DNA from: Candidatus Limnocylindrus sp.
Lineage (GTDB): Bacteria; Chloroflexota; Limnocylindria; Limnocylindrales; Limnocylindraceae
Reading direction: 5' to 3'
NCBI GenBank assembly: GCA_040397175.1
Contig: JBBAWM010000001.1
Coordinates: forward strand, 345,976 to 409,975
DNA length: 64,000 nucleotides
The notes under the pieces are model-generated. The model saw only the letters and a list, made by a program, of their open reading frames with translations. It did not search any database and was not told the origin of the DNA. The position numbers and the translations under genes are program-made. Of the stretch, positions 1-8,775 are shown piece after piece. Every line of letters starts with the position of its first letter. Positions within the stretch are counted from its first letter, which is position 1.

Positions 1-552
1 GCGGCGGTCGATCTTCTCGAGCGAGACGTAGATCGGCAACACCATGAACGGGAAGAAGTTGTACGAGATTCCGAAGATGACTGCGGCTGGAGTAGCGAGA
101 ATGCGGAACTCTTCGGGAAGGACGCCGATTGCCTTCAGGGGCCCGAGGATAAATCCGTCGTCAGCGAGAACCGTCTTCCAGGCGAGCACGCGGAGGAGGA
201 ATGAGGTGAAGAACGGTGCGATCACGATGAAGAGGAGCAGGGTTCGGTATCGCCCAGCGCGATAGGCGATGGTATACGCCAGTGGGAAGGCGAGGGCGAG
301 GCAGACCACCGTGGCCACTCCCGCATACAAGATCGAACGCAAGAACTGCTCGGAGTACCGGCCGAGCGCCGTCGAATAGGTCTCTGCGTTCGCCCATGAG
401 AAGGTGAACCCCGATTCCAGCGTGCCACTCCAGAGGCTGGCTTGCAGCATCTGGATCGCTGGGTACACGTAGAACGCGACGAGCCAAACGATTGCGGGCG
501 CAAGGAGCAACAGGGGGAGCGCCCCCGGATGCCGCCGCAGGTAGGCGATCAC
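1..552 (-). CDS. potB: Spermidine/putrescine ABC transporter permease (PotB-like), C-terminally truncated by the window edge
   Basis: Translated by hand from GTG at 552-550 (GGCGGAG upstream): VIAYLRRHPGALPLLLLAPAIVWLVAFYVYP...LAFPLAYTIA...PFFTSFLLRVLAWKTVL...YNFFPFMVLPIYVSLEKIDRR. Typical PotB transmembrane pattern; lies downstream of potA-potD. Confidence 0.85.
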   Translation of the reverse strand, partial: MIAYLRRHPGALPLLLLAPAIVWLVAFYVYPAIQMLQASLWSGTLESGFTFSWANAETYSTALGRYSEQFLRSILYAGVATVVCLALAFPLAYTIAYRAGRYRTLLLFIVIAPFFTSFLLRVLAWKTVLADDGFILGPLKAIGVLPEEFRILATPAAVIFGISYNFFPFMVLPIYVSLEKIDRR

Positions 553-577
553 CGTCAGCTCCGCCTGGCTCGGCGGC

Positions 578-1753
578 TCAGTTGCCCTGGAGGGCGCTGA
601 AGGCGTCGTTCATGTAGATCTCATCGTCCTCAGAGAGGCCGGCGAACACATGCAGCTTCGCCGAGAGGGCGGCATCGGGGAAGATGAACGCGTCAGTGGC
701 GAGCGCACCGTCAAGCTTCGCGATCTCCTCCTTGGTCCCCTTCACTGGCGAGACGTACTGCACGTGGGCGGTGAGCTGCGCCGCGATCTCCGGCTTGTAG
801 TACCAGTCCATCCACTTCTCCGCGGTGAACTTATGCGCGGCGCCGAGCGGGATCAACATGTTGTCCGACGAGAAGGTGCAGCCGTCCGTTGGTGTGACCC
901 AAACGATGTCGGCGTCCTCGTACCCGATCTGCACCGTGTCGCCGCGCCAGGCAACGCACGCTGCGACGTCGCCCTTCACGATGAGCTCCTTATAGTCATT
1001 GCCCGTGAACGCGCGAATCTGTCCGCCGGTGACGCTCGGCTCGATCAGGGTTATGGCGCGATCGAATGAGGCGCGGTCGGCCTTGGCGGGATCGTCACCG
1101 TTTGCCAGCATGGCGAGCCCAATGGTGTCGCGCATTTCGGTGAGGAGTGAGACCTTCCCCTGCAGGCGTGGGTCGAAGAGATCCTTGAACCCCTTCACGA
1201 ACCCAGCGGTGCTCTTACGCGCGGCGATGCCCGCCACGATGCCGGCCCACGGGGCGAGATACTCAACATTCGGATCAAAGCTGCGCCCCTTGTATACGTC
1301 AAGGAGATTGGCGCTGAAATTCGGCATGTTCCCCTTGTTGAGCTTCTCAGCCCAGCCGAGGCGCAGGATGCGAGCGGCCATCCAGTCGGTCAGCGTCGCG
1401 ATGTCCCAGCCCGCATCCTCACCGGCTTTCAGTGGCGCCTGGATCGTGCCGAAGAAGGAGTCGTTGTCGTTGATCGCTTCCACGTAGTTGACCTTCGTCT
1501 TGTATTCCGCTTCGAATGCGGCAACCGTCGGTCGTGTCAGCTGATCTTCACTAAGGTCAATGTAGAGGGTCCAGTTCGCCACGTTCACCACGTCGGAGAT
1601 CGTGTCGGACTGCGACGGCTTCGGGCTCGTCGACGTTGAGCTGCCCGAGGTGCCACACGCGGCGAGGAAGGCGGCGGTGCCTGCGGCGGCGGCTCCAACC
1701 TTGAGGATGGTGCGTCGGCTTACCAACATCTCAGCGCGCTTCTCGGTACCCAT
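578..1753 (-). CDS. potD: Polyamine ABC transporter substrate-binding lipoprotein (PotD/PotF family), Tat-exported
   Basis: SRRTILK twin-arginine motif and LAAC lipobox; NWTLYID, MRDTIG, AWRGD and SDNMLIP motifs of PotD; adjacent to potA and potB. Confidence 0.85.
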   Translation of the reverse strand: MGTEKRAEMLVSRRTILKVGAAAAGTAAFLAACGTSGSSTSTSPKPSQSDTISDVVNVANWTLYIDLSEDQLTRPTVAAFEAEYKTKVNYVEAINDNDSFFGTIQAPLKAGEDAGWDIATLTDWMAARILRLGWAEKLNKGNMPNFSANLLDVYKGRSFDPNVEYLAPWAGIVAGIAARKSTAGFVKGFKDLFDPRLQGKVSLLTEMRDTIGLAMLANGDDPAKADRASFDRAITLIEPSVTGGQIRAFTGNDYKELIVKGDVAACVAWRGDTVQIGYEDADIVWVTPTDGCTFSSDNMLIPLGAAHKFTAEKWMDWYYKPEIAAQLTAHVQYVSPVKGTKEEIAKLDGALATDAFIFPDAALSAKLHVFAGLSEDDEIYMNDAFSALQGN

Positions 1754-1772
1754 CGTCTACTCCTCCTGCGCC

Positions 1773-2894
1773 TTAGGCGCTCTTCGAATCGCCGACCACG
1801 AAGCCGTGTTCGGGTTTCCATGTCAGGGCCACCCGCTCGCCCGGTCGCCAGGTGTCGCTCCGCGTCGTGCGGTCAACGTTCTGCTCGCTCACGAGAAGTC
1901 GTAGGCCGCCCGCCCCTTCCACGGTGTACTGCGTCAGTACGCCGAGGTAGCTCGTATCAACGACCGTGCCATCGAGGCGATTCCCCTTCGACTCTTGCCC
2001 AGGCTCGAGCAGCATGAGCTTCTCGGGGCGAACGCCGATCGCACCACCGGTTCCAATGTCGCCAAGGCCCTTTGGCGCGCGCACAACATCACCCGATGGC
2101 AGCGTGACCGTCCACATGTCGCCGTCGCTGCCAATCTTCCCTTCGAGCAGATTGCTTGCACCAACGAAGCTCGCGACAAAGCGCGTGGTTGGTCGTTCGT
2201 AGAGTGTCTCTGGTCCGGCGAGCTGCTCGTAGCGGCCCTTGTTCATGACGGCGATGCGATCCGACATCGTCATCGCCTCTTCTTGGTCGTGGGTGACATA
2301 GATGAAGGTGATGCCGACTTCGCGCTGAATGCGCTTGAGCTCGATGCCCATCTGTTTGCGCAACTTCAAGTCGAGTGCGCCGAGCGGCTCATCAAGCAGA
2401 AGAACTGCTGGGCGATTCACCAGTGCCCGTGCAAGGGCAACGCGCTGTGCCTGGCCTCCAGAGAGTTGTGCAGGCTTGCGCTTCTCATAGCCAATGAGTT
2501 GCACCAGCTCCAGTGCCTCGCCGACGCGGCGCGTGACCTCGTCACCCTTGATGCCGGAGCGACGGAGACCGAAGGCAACATTTTCAAAGATCGAGAGATG
2601 CGGGAAGAGCGCGTAGCTCTGGAAGACGGTGTTGACGTCGCGTTCATGCGCGGGGAGGAAGGTGACGTCTACGCCCTTCAACTCAATGAGGCCGCTGGTT
2701 GGCTGTTCGAAGCCGCCGATCATGCGCAGGGTTGTGGTCTTGCCGCAGCCAGATGGGCCGAGGAGGGTGAAGAACTCGCCGTCGGAGACATCAAGTGTGA
2801 TGCCGTCTACTGCGGTCTGATCTCCGAACTTCTTGGTCACGTTGACCAGGCGAACGTCGACGTCTGCCACCCTCGGTTTCACCTCCGCGGACAC
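1773..2894 (-). CDS. potA: Polyamine ABC transporter ATP-binding subunit
   Basis: Walker [25 protein letters not shown] signature, [15 protein letters not shown]-terminal TOBE-like region. Confidence 0.9.
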   Translation of the reverse strand: MSAEVKPRVADVDVRLVNVTKKFGDQTAVDGITLDVSDGEFFTLLGPSGCGKTTTLRMIGGFEQPTSGLIELKGVDVTFLPAHERDVNTVFQSYALFPHLSIFENVAFGLRRSGIKGDEVTRRVGEALELVQLIGYEKRKPAQLSGGQAQRVALARALVNRPAVLLLDEPLGALDLKLRKQMGIELKRIQREVGITFIYVTHDQEEAMTMSDRIAVMNKGRYEQLAGPETLYERPTTRFVASFVGASNLLEGKIGSDGDMWTVTLPSGDVVRAPKGLGDIGTGGAIGVRPEKLMLLEPGQESKGNRLDGTVVDTSYLGVLTQYTVEGAGGLRLLVSEQNVDRTTRSDTWRPGERVALTWKPEHGFVVGDSKSA

Positions 2895-2930
2895 CTGCCC
2901 TGTCTCTGCCCCTCAAGTGAGGACGTGCGA

Positions 2931-2959
2931 AGACTATGACCCACGGGGGGTGGGGTCAA
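2931..2959 (-). promoter_or_regulatory. Putative sigma70-type promoter of the pot operon
   Basis: Minus strand reads TTGACC-N17-TAGTCT about 35 nt upstream of the potA start. Confidence 0.5.
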
Positions 2960-3036
2960 ACGCCGTTGCGGGTAGGATGGGGGAGACGCGCCCGTGGGGC
3001 GCCGCCGAGAGCCCCAATTGGGGCGAAAGGGGAGCC

Positions 3037-4110
3037 ATGGCCACCACCGAAGCAGCCGTCATGCAGGCCCTCTCCAACGTTCAGGAGCCAGAGCTCGGTC
3101 GCGACATTGTTACATTGGAGATGGTCAAGGAGCTCACCCTGAACGGCGATCAGGCCAGCTTCATGATCGAGCTCACCACCCCCGCCTGCCCCCTCAAGGA
3201 CGTGATTGAGCGCGATATTCGCGGCGCCCTTGATGGGATCGGTGTAACAGTGGCTGAGCTCCGCTGGGGCTCGAAGGTCCGTCGCGCTTCCTCCTCCACT
3301 CAGGAGCGCCTCCTCCCCGGCATTCGGAACATTGTGGCCGTCGCCTCCGGGAAGGGCGGGGTGGGGAAGAGCACCGTCTCAGTCAACCTCGCCGTGGCCC
3401 TCGCTCAGAGCGGTGCCCGAGTCGGCCTCCTCGACGCCGACATCACCGGGCCGAACATCCCCCAGATGATGGGGGCGACTGGCACCCCAAAGTCGAGCGC
3501 CGGCGGCAAGATCGAGCCGATCGAGCGCCACGGCGTCAAAGTCATCTCCATTCAGTTCTTTGTGCCAGAGGGTCAGCCGATCGTCTGGCGCGGCCCGCTC
3601 ATTGGCGGCGCGATCCAGCAGTTCCTGCGCGACGTGGAGTGGGGTGACCTCGACTATCTCGTCGTTGACCTGCCGCCTGGAACCTCTGACGCGCAACTCA
3701 CGCTGGCGCAGGCGGTGCCAATTGCTGGGTGCGTCCTTGTGACTACGCCACAAGACGTTGCCCTCTCTGATGTCACGAAGGCACTGGCGATGTTCCGACG
3801 CATGAACGTGCCGATACTTGGCATCGTTGAGAACATGTCGGCGTTTGCCTGCCCACACTGCGGCGAGCTCACCGAAATCTTCGGACGCGGTGGCGCAGAG
3901 CGTCTCGCAAAAGAGGAGGGGCTCGACAACCTGGGCCGCATTCCGCTGGAGATGGCGGTGCGACAGGGTGGCGACGCAGGCATCCCCGCCGTCGCGCAAC
4001 GCGAAGAGGGTCCAGCGGCTGCAGCGCTCAAGGAGTTGGCCGGCCAAGTCGCCGCGCGACTCGCAGTGCGCGCCGCAAACGAGACGGCACCAACGTTGAC
4101 GGTCGCCTAA
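3037..4110 (+). CDS. Mrp/NBP35 (ApbC) Fe-S cluster carrier ATPase with N-terminal DUF59-like domain
   Basis: ATG at 3037 after AAAGGGGAG; LTTPACPL, ASGKGGVGKST, DADITGP, DLPPGT and ENMS..CPHC motifs. Confidence 0.92.
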   Translation: MATTEAAVMQALSNVQEPELGRDIVTLEMVKELTLNGDQASFMIELTTPACPLKDVIERDIRGALDGIGVTVAELRWGSKVRRASSSTQERLLPGIRNIVAVASGKGGVGKSTVSVNLAVALAQSGARVGLLDADITGPNIPQMMGATGTPKSSAGGKIEPIERHGVKVISIQFFVPEGQPIVWRGPLIGGAIQQFLRDVEWGDLDYLVVDLPPGTSDAQLTLAQAVPIAGCVLVTTPQDVALSDVTKALAMFRRMNVPILGIVENMSAFACPHCGELTEIFGRGGAERLAKEEGLDNLGRIPLEMAVRQGGDAGIPAVAQREEGPAAAALKELAGQVAARLAVRAANETAPTLTVA

Positions 4111-4114
4111 CCGC

Positions 4115-4870
4115 ATGACCGAAACGCCAGGCGGTTCAACGGAGCACCAGGGCTTCAGCGACGACGCTGCGCAACTGATCGTTGCGGTGCGCGCACTCAT
4201 CGGCGGGCACTGGGATCTCTTCCGCGCCGAACTTGGTGCAATCTCTCGTGATGCCGTTGGCGTGCTCATCGGTGCGATCGCCGTCATTACGCTCGTCACG
4301 GCGGCGTTGCTTGCGCTTCTTATTGCCGTCTTCATGCTGCTCGGCGCCGCCTTCTTCGGTTCCATGGTGTGGGGCGCAGCGCACGTCACACTCCTCCTAC
4401 TTGTGGTCGCGGCGGCGATCACCTCGGCAATCTTGCAGATCACCGCGCCACGTCGCGCGCGTTCATTCGCCCTCGCCGTTCTCGGTGGTGCGATCGGTGC
4501 GCTGCTTGTGCTCTTCGTCTTCAACGGATCGGCCGGCCCAGCAACTGCGGCATCGCTGCTCTTTGCGTTGAGCTTCCTGCTGGTGGACTTGCTGGTTGGA
4601 CTGGCAACGTTTGATATGGAGCGCTTCACCGATCGCTTCCGCCCGCTTGCAACGGAGCACGAGCTCCGCGCAACGTTTGATGCTGTTGATGATCTGCGCG
4701 ACGAGGCAGCCTCCGCCTTCGCCGAAGAGGTTGGTGGGGCGGTCGGCGCCGCCGATGCCGCCATCGCGCCAGCCCGCAAGGTGGTTCGAGCCGCCGCCGA
4801 TGCGCTGCGCGGCATCGCCGATCGACTGCGCGAGCGACGTGGAGCCGGCGACGAGGGCGACAATGCCTGA
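4115..4870 (+). CDS. Hypothetical multi-pass membrane protein, resembling the 'phage holin family' (Phage_holin_3_6/YhjD-like) proteins of non-phage loci
   Basis: N-terminal 'WDLFRAEL' helix, about 4 hydrophobic segments, then 'RPLATEHELR' and an Ala-rich helical tail. The family assignment is by pattern only. Confidence 0.6.
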   Translation: MTETPGGSTEHQGFSDDAAQLIVAVRALIGGHWDLFRAELGAISRDAVGVLIGAIAVITLVTAALLALLIAVFMLLGAAFFGSMVWGAAHVTLLLLVVAAAITSAILQITAPRRARSFALAVLGGAIGALLVLFVFNGSAGPATAASLLFALSFLLVDLLVGLATFDMERFTDRFRPLATEHELRATFDAVDDLRDEAASAFAEEVGGAVGAADAAIAPARKVVRAAADALRGIADRLRERRGAGDEGDNA

Positions 4871-5297
4871 CGAGACAACGGAACGCGAGCGGCGCGCCAA
4901 GCGGGTGGAGGTTCTCGCCGCGAGCCGCCCTGCGGTGGCCGAGCGACTCTCAGCTGTCCGCCTCTCTCGAGAGGCCTCGCTCGTGCGTGTTCGGGCCATT
5001 GGTGGCCGACTGCGACCCAGCGGCGGGCTAGGGCAGGAGCTGCGGGACCGCCCCCTGCGGGCCCTCGGCCTCCTCGGGATCCTGGCCCTCCTTCTCGTGC
5101 GCTGGTTCGGCTCGCGTTCAGGTGGATCCAAGCGCCCTGGCGGTGGGGCGGGGAGCGCCTTTGTGAGTGGCGTAGTGGCGGCAGCAGCCCAGCGTGGTGG
5201 ACGTGCGGTGATTGATGCGTTGATCGATGGCCGACCTGCGGTGGACGGAACCCCCGTGGGCGACGATGATGCTCGGGGGCGAGTGGCGAAACGGTAG
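4863..5297 (+). CDS. Hypothetical protein with one transmembrane segment
   Basis: ATG at 4863 overlaps the upstream stop and has GAGGG upstream; basic N-terminus, TM segment LGLLGILALLLVRWF. Its stop lies inside tRNA-Leu. Confidence 0.55.
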   Translation: MPDETTERERRAKRVEVLAASRPAVAERLSAVRLSREASLVRVRAIGGRLRPSGGLGQELRDRPLRALGLLGILALLLVRWFGSRSGGSKRPGGGAGSAFVSGVVAAAAQRGGRAVIDALIDGRPAVDGTPVGDDDARGRVAKR

Positions 5298-5362
5298 ACG
5301 CGCCGGCCTTAGGAGCCGGTGTCGGCAACGACGTGTGAGTTCGAGTCTCACCTCGCCCACCA
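5277..5362 (+). tRNA. tRNA-Leu(TAG)
   Basis: GGGCGAG/CTCGCCC acceptor stem plus ACCA; anticodon arm CCGGC-CTTAGGA-GCCGG; long variable arm; GTTCGAG T-loop. Confidence 0.95.
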
Positions 5363-5393
5363 GAACAAGGGTCGTCGGGTACCCTGTGCGCTC

Positions 5394-6758
5394 ATGGAAT
5401 TCACGACCACTCCTGCAGAGAAGAGCACCGTCCGACTCGAGGTCACCCTCGCGGTCGCAGACGTGGCCGCGGCAATTGCCCAGGCGGTCCGCCATGTTGC
5501 GGGCCACAGCCGCATCCCAGGCTTCCGCCCGGGGAAGGCACCGCGCTCCATCGTTGAGCGCTTTGCCGGCATCAATCGCATCCTCGACGAGGCGACCGAG
5601 ATCCTCATCGAGCGCGGCTATCGCGATGCAATCATGAAGTCCGACATCGTTCCACTCACCAGCCCGAAGATCGATGCGAAGCCGATCGTCGAAGGCGAGG
5701 TCTACACCTTTACCGCACTCATCCCTGTGCCGCCAGAGGTGAAGCTTGGCGACTATCGCGGCTACACCTTTGAGCCAACCTTTGAGGAGCCTGATGAGGC
5801 GAAGGTCGAAGCGGTCGTCACCGACCTGCGCGACAGCTACGCAACGCTCACCGCCGTCACCGATCGTGGCGCGGAGATGGGCGACTACGCGATCATCGCC
5901 TTCGATGGCTATCGCGTTGACAGCGGCCTAGCGATTGATGGCGCCTCGTCGGAGCGCATGCCGATCGTGATCGGATCTGACCGACTGATTCCAGGATTTG
6001 AGGCACAGCTCGTCGGCGCGAAGGTCGGCGATGCCACCACCGTTGAGGTGACCTTCCCTGAGGACTACCAAGAGGCGGCGCTGCAGGGCGTGCCGGCACG
6101 ATTCGATGTGGTCATCAACGATTTGCGCGCGCGTGTTCCACCGCCGTTCGATGATGCCTTCGCCGCGCAAGTCGCGAACGTCACCGATGTTGCTGGCCTA
6201 CGCGCCGAGATCCTGATGCGCCTCAAGGCGAGCGCCGTTGATCGCGGTCGCCACGAGTTCGCCGACAAGATCGTCGAGTTCGCCATGGAGGGCGCCACCG
6301 TTGAGATTCCCGATCCGCTGATTGAAGAGGAGATCGACGGACTGGTAGACGAGTTGGCGCGCGGCATCGCGCGACAAGGGCTCACCTTTGAGCAGTACTT
6401 GGGCGCCGCTGGCAAGAGCGTGGAAGAGATTCGCGCCGAGATGCGTGAGCGCGGCGAGCGCCGCGCGCGAACCCTCCTGGTGTTGAGTGCGGTCGCCGGC
6501 GCCGAAGGGATGGAGGTCCCCGAGGAGCTCATCGACGAAGAGGTGGAGCGTGCCCGTCCGCAAACCCAGGGGCAGCGTAAGCTCGAGGCCTACCTCTCGT
6601 CGGAGCGTGGGCGCCGAGCAATCCGTGCCTCACTCCGCCGCTCCCTGGTGGTGGAGCGGCTCGTCGACGAGTGGTTTGACGCTCACCCGAAGGCCTGGCC
6701 GACCTGGGCTCCTGAGCGCCCAGCGACGCCTACCGCCGCGAACGCTCCCGCCAAGTAA
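5394..6758 (+). CDS. tig: Trigger factor
   Basis: IPGFRPGKAP ribosome-binding motif, FKBP domain (LIPGFEAQLVG, VTFPEDY); precedes clpP-clpX. Confidence 0.95.
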   Translation: MEFTTTPAEKSTVRLEVTLAVADVAAAIAQAVRHVAGHSRIPGFRPGKAPRSIVERFAGINRILDEATEILIERGYRDAIMKSDIVPLTSPKIDAKPIVEGEVYTFTALIPVPPEVKLGDYRGYTFEPTFEEPDEAKVEAVVTDLRDSYATLTAVTDRGAEMGDYAIIAFDGYRVDSGLAIDGASSERMPIVIGSDRLIPGFEAQLVGAKVGDATTVEVTFPEDYQEAALQGVPARFDVVINDLRARVPPPFDDAFAAQVANVTDVAGLRAEILMRLKASAVDRGRHEFADKIVEFAMEGATVEIPDPLIEEEIDGLVDELARGIARQGLTFEQYLGAAGKSVEEIRAEMRERGERRARTLLVLSAVAGAEGMEVPEELIDEEVERARPQTQGQRKLEAYLSSERGRRAIRASLRRSLVVERLVDEWFDAHPKAWPTWAPERPATPTAANAPAK

Positions 6759-6803
6759 ACTCAGCCTCCCGCAGAGAGCGGGTGCACACGTAGGGGGTGA
6801 CCA

Positions 6804-7406
6804 GTGCTCGTACCAATGGTGATTGAGTCTTCCAGCAAGGGCGAACGCGCCTACGACATCTGGTCGCGCCTTCTTAAGGAGCGCATCATCTTCTTGGGCG
6901 GCCCTGTCGAAGACGACATTGCCAACCTGATCATTGCGCAGCTCCTCTTCCTTGATTCAGAGGATCCCGAGAAGGAGATCTCGCTCTACATCAACAGCCC
7001 AGGAGGTGTGATCACCTCCGGCCTCGCGATCTACGACACGATGCGCTACGTGCGCGCCCCCGTGAGCACGATCTGCACCGGCATCGCCATGTCGATGGGT
7101 GCGGTGCTCCTCGCCGCTGGTGCGCCAGGTCGACGCTTCGCCCTGCCGCACAGCCGAATCATGATCCATCAGGGCTCCGGCGGATTCCGTGGCAACACGC
7201 CCGACGTCTTCATTCAGGTGAAGGAGATGGAGCAGCTCGTGCGAACGACGCAAGAGATCCTCGCCGCCCACACGGGCCAGTCGATGGAGAAGGTCGTGAA
7301 AGATACGGACCGCGACCTCTTCCTCTCGCCAGAGCAGGCCGTGGAGTACGGCATCATCGACGAGGTGTACAAGCTCCCTGCCATCGTTCCGCCAAAGGGG
7401 AAGTGA
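6804..7406 (+). CDS. clpP: ATP-dependent Clp protease proteolytic subunit
   Basis: [25 protein letters not shown], catalytic Ser (AMSMGA), His (IMIHQ) and Asp (DRD). Confidence 0.97.
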   Translation: MLVPMVIESSSKGERAYDIWSRLLKERIIFLGGPVEDDIANLIIAQLLFLDSEDPEKEISLYINSPGGVITSGLAIYDTMRYVRAPVSTICTGIAMSMGAVLLAAGAPGRRFALPHSRIMIHQGSGGFRGNTPDVFIQVKEMEQLVRTTQEILAAHTGQSMEKVVKDTDRDLFLSPEQAVEYGIIDEVYKLPAIVPPKGK

Positions 7407-7416
7407 GGCGCGCCGC

Positions 7417-8775
7417 ATGAGCGGAGGAGCTGGTTCCGGAGAGTCGGGAGGCGGTAAGTCGCGCGGTCCACGGAGCGCGGGCACGGGATCATATCGCTGC
7501 TCCTTCTGCCGCAAGCCGCAGGAGCAGGTTCGCAAGCTGATCGCCGGTCAGGGTGTCTACATCTGCGACGAGTGCGTCGCCCTCTGCGCCGAGATTGCCA
7601 CTGAGCAGTCGCCATCCGCACCGCAGCGCACGTCGTTCGGTGGCGTCACGCCAACTCCGCGCATGATTCATGCCGCACTCAATGAACATGTCGTGAGCCA
7701 GGAGCGCGCGAAGCGCTCACTCGCCGTGGGAGTACATAACCATTACCAGCGCGTTGGCGCACCAAACGTGGCCGACGGAGTAGAGATCGCAAAGTCGAAC
7801 ATCCTGCTCGTCGGGCCGACCGGTTCCGGCAAGACCCTCCTGGCGCAGACGCTCGCCCGGTTCCTTGATGTGCCCTTCTGCATCGCCGATGCCACGAGCC
7901 TGACCGAGGCGGGCTACGTTGGCGAAGATGTCGAGAACATCCTGCTTCGCCTGATCCAGGCCGCTGATGGCGATATTGAGCGCGCGCAGCGCGGCATTAT
8001 CTATATCGACGAGATCGACAAGATCACCCGCAAGTCCGACAACCCGTCGATCACGCGCGACGTCTCGGGCGAAGGGGTGCAGCAGGCGCTGCTGAAGATC
8101 ATTGAGGGGACCGTCGCCAATGTGCCGCCCCAGGGTGGTCGCAAGCATCCGCACCAGGAGTACCTCCAGATCGACACGACGAACATCCTCTTCATCTGCG
8201 GCGGCGCATTTGAGGGGCTCGAGAAGATCGTTGCTGACCGCGTCGGGCGACGCGGCATCGGCTTCGGCTCCGATACGCCCGCAAGTAAAGATGAGCGCAC
8301 CCGTGTGCTGGAGCAGCTGATGCCCGACGACCTGCTCCGCTACGGACTCATCCCTGAATTCATCGGACGCCTGCCGATGATCGTTGCACTCGATCCGCTC
8401 ACCCTCGACGATCTCGTTGAGATCCTGGTCGCACCAAAGAACGCCCTGGTTAAGCAGTATCAGCGCCTCTTCCAGATGCACAGCGTCGACCTGCAGTTCA
8501 CTCCAGCCGCCCTTCATGCGGTTGCCGAGAAGGCTTTGCTCCGCAAGACCGGCGCCCGCGCTCTGCGTGCGGTGCTAGAAGATGCGCTCCTCGCCACCAT
8601 GTACGACCTGCCCGATCGTCCGGACGTACGTCGCTGTGTGGTGACAGAAGAGACGATTAGCGATGGCGCCGCACCACTCATGCTGACCGAACGCGAGATT
8701 GGCGCGAGTGAACCGGCGGCGCCGAGCCGACGCGTGCCGCGCACGCGCACGGCCGCCCCCCGCGCATCAGCGTGA
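7417..8775 (+). CDS. clpX: ATP-dependent Clp protease ATP-binding subunit
   Basis: C4 zinc domain CSFC...[33 protein letters not shown] loop. Confidence 0.97.
   Translation: MSGGAGSGESGGGKSRGPRSAGTGSYRCSFCRKPQEQVRKLIAGQGVYICDECVALCAEIATEQSPSAPQRTSFGGVTPTPRMIHAALNEHVVSQERAKRSLAVGVHNHYQRVGAPNVADGVEIAKSNILLVGPTGSGKTLLAQTLARFLDVPFCIADATSLTEAGYVGEDVENILLRLIQAADGDIERAQRGIIYIDEIDKITRKSDNPSITRDVSGEGVQQALLKIIEGTVANVPPQGGRKHPHQEYLQIDTTNILFICGGAFEGLEKIVADRVGRRGIGFGSDTPASKDERTRVLEQLMPDDLLRYGLIPEFIGRLPMIVALDPLTLDDLVEILVAPKNALVKQYQRLFQMHSVDLQFTPAALHAVAEKALLRKTGARALRAVLEDALLATMYDLPDRPDVRRCVVTEETISDGAAPLMLTEREIGASEPAAPSRRVPRTRTAAPRASA

Noticed and set aside
4115-4870. Prophage lysis gene (holin)
   Set aside because: No endolysin or other phage genes nearby; this protein type is common in non-phage loci.
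3379-5328. 649-aa minus-strand ORF
   Set aside because: Antisense shadow of mrp, two membrane genes and tRNA-Leu; Ser/Ala/Arg-rich with no motifs, typical of high-GC off-frames.
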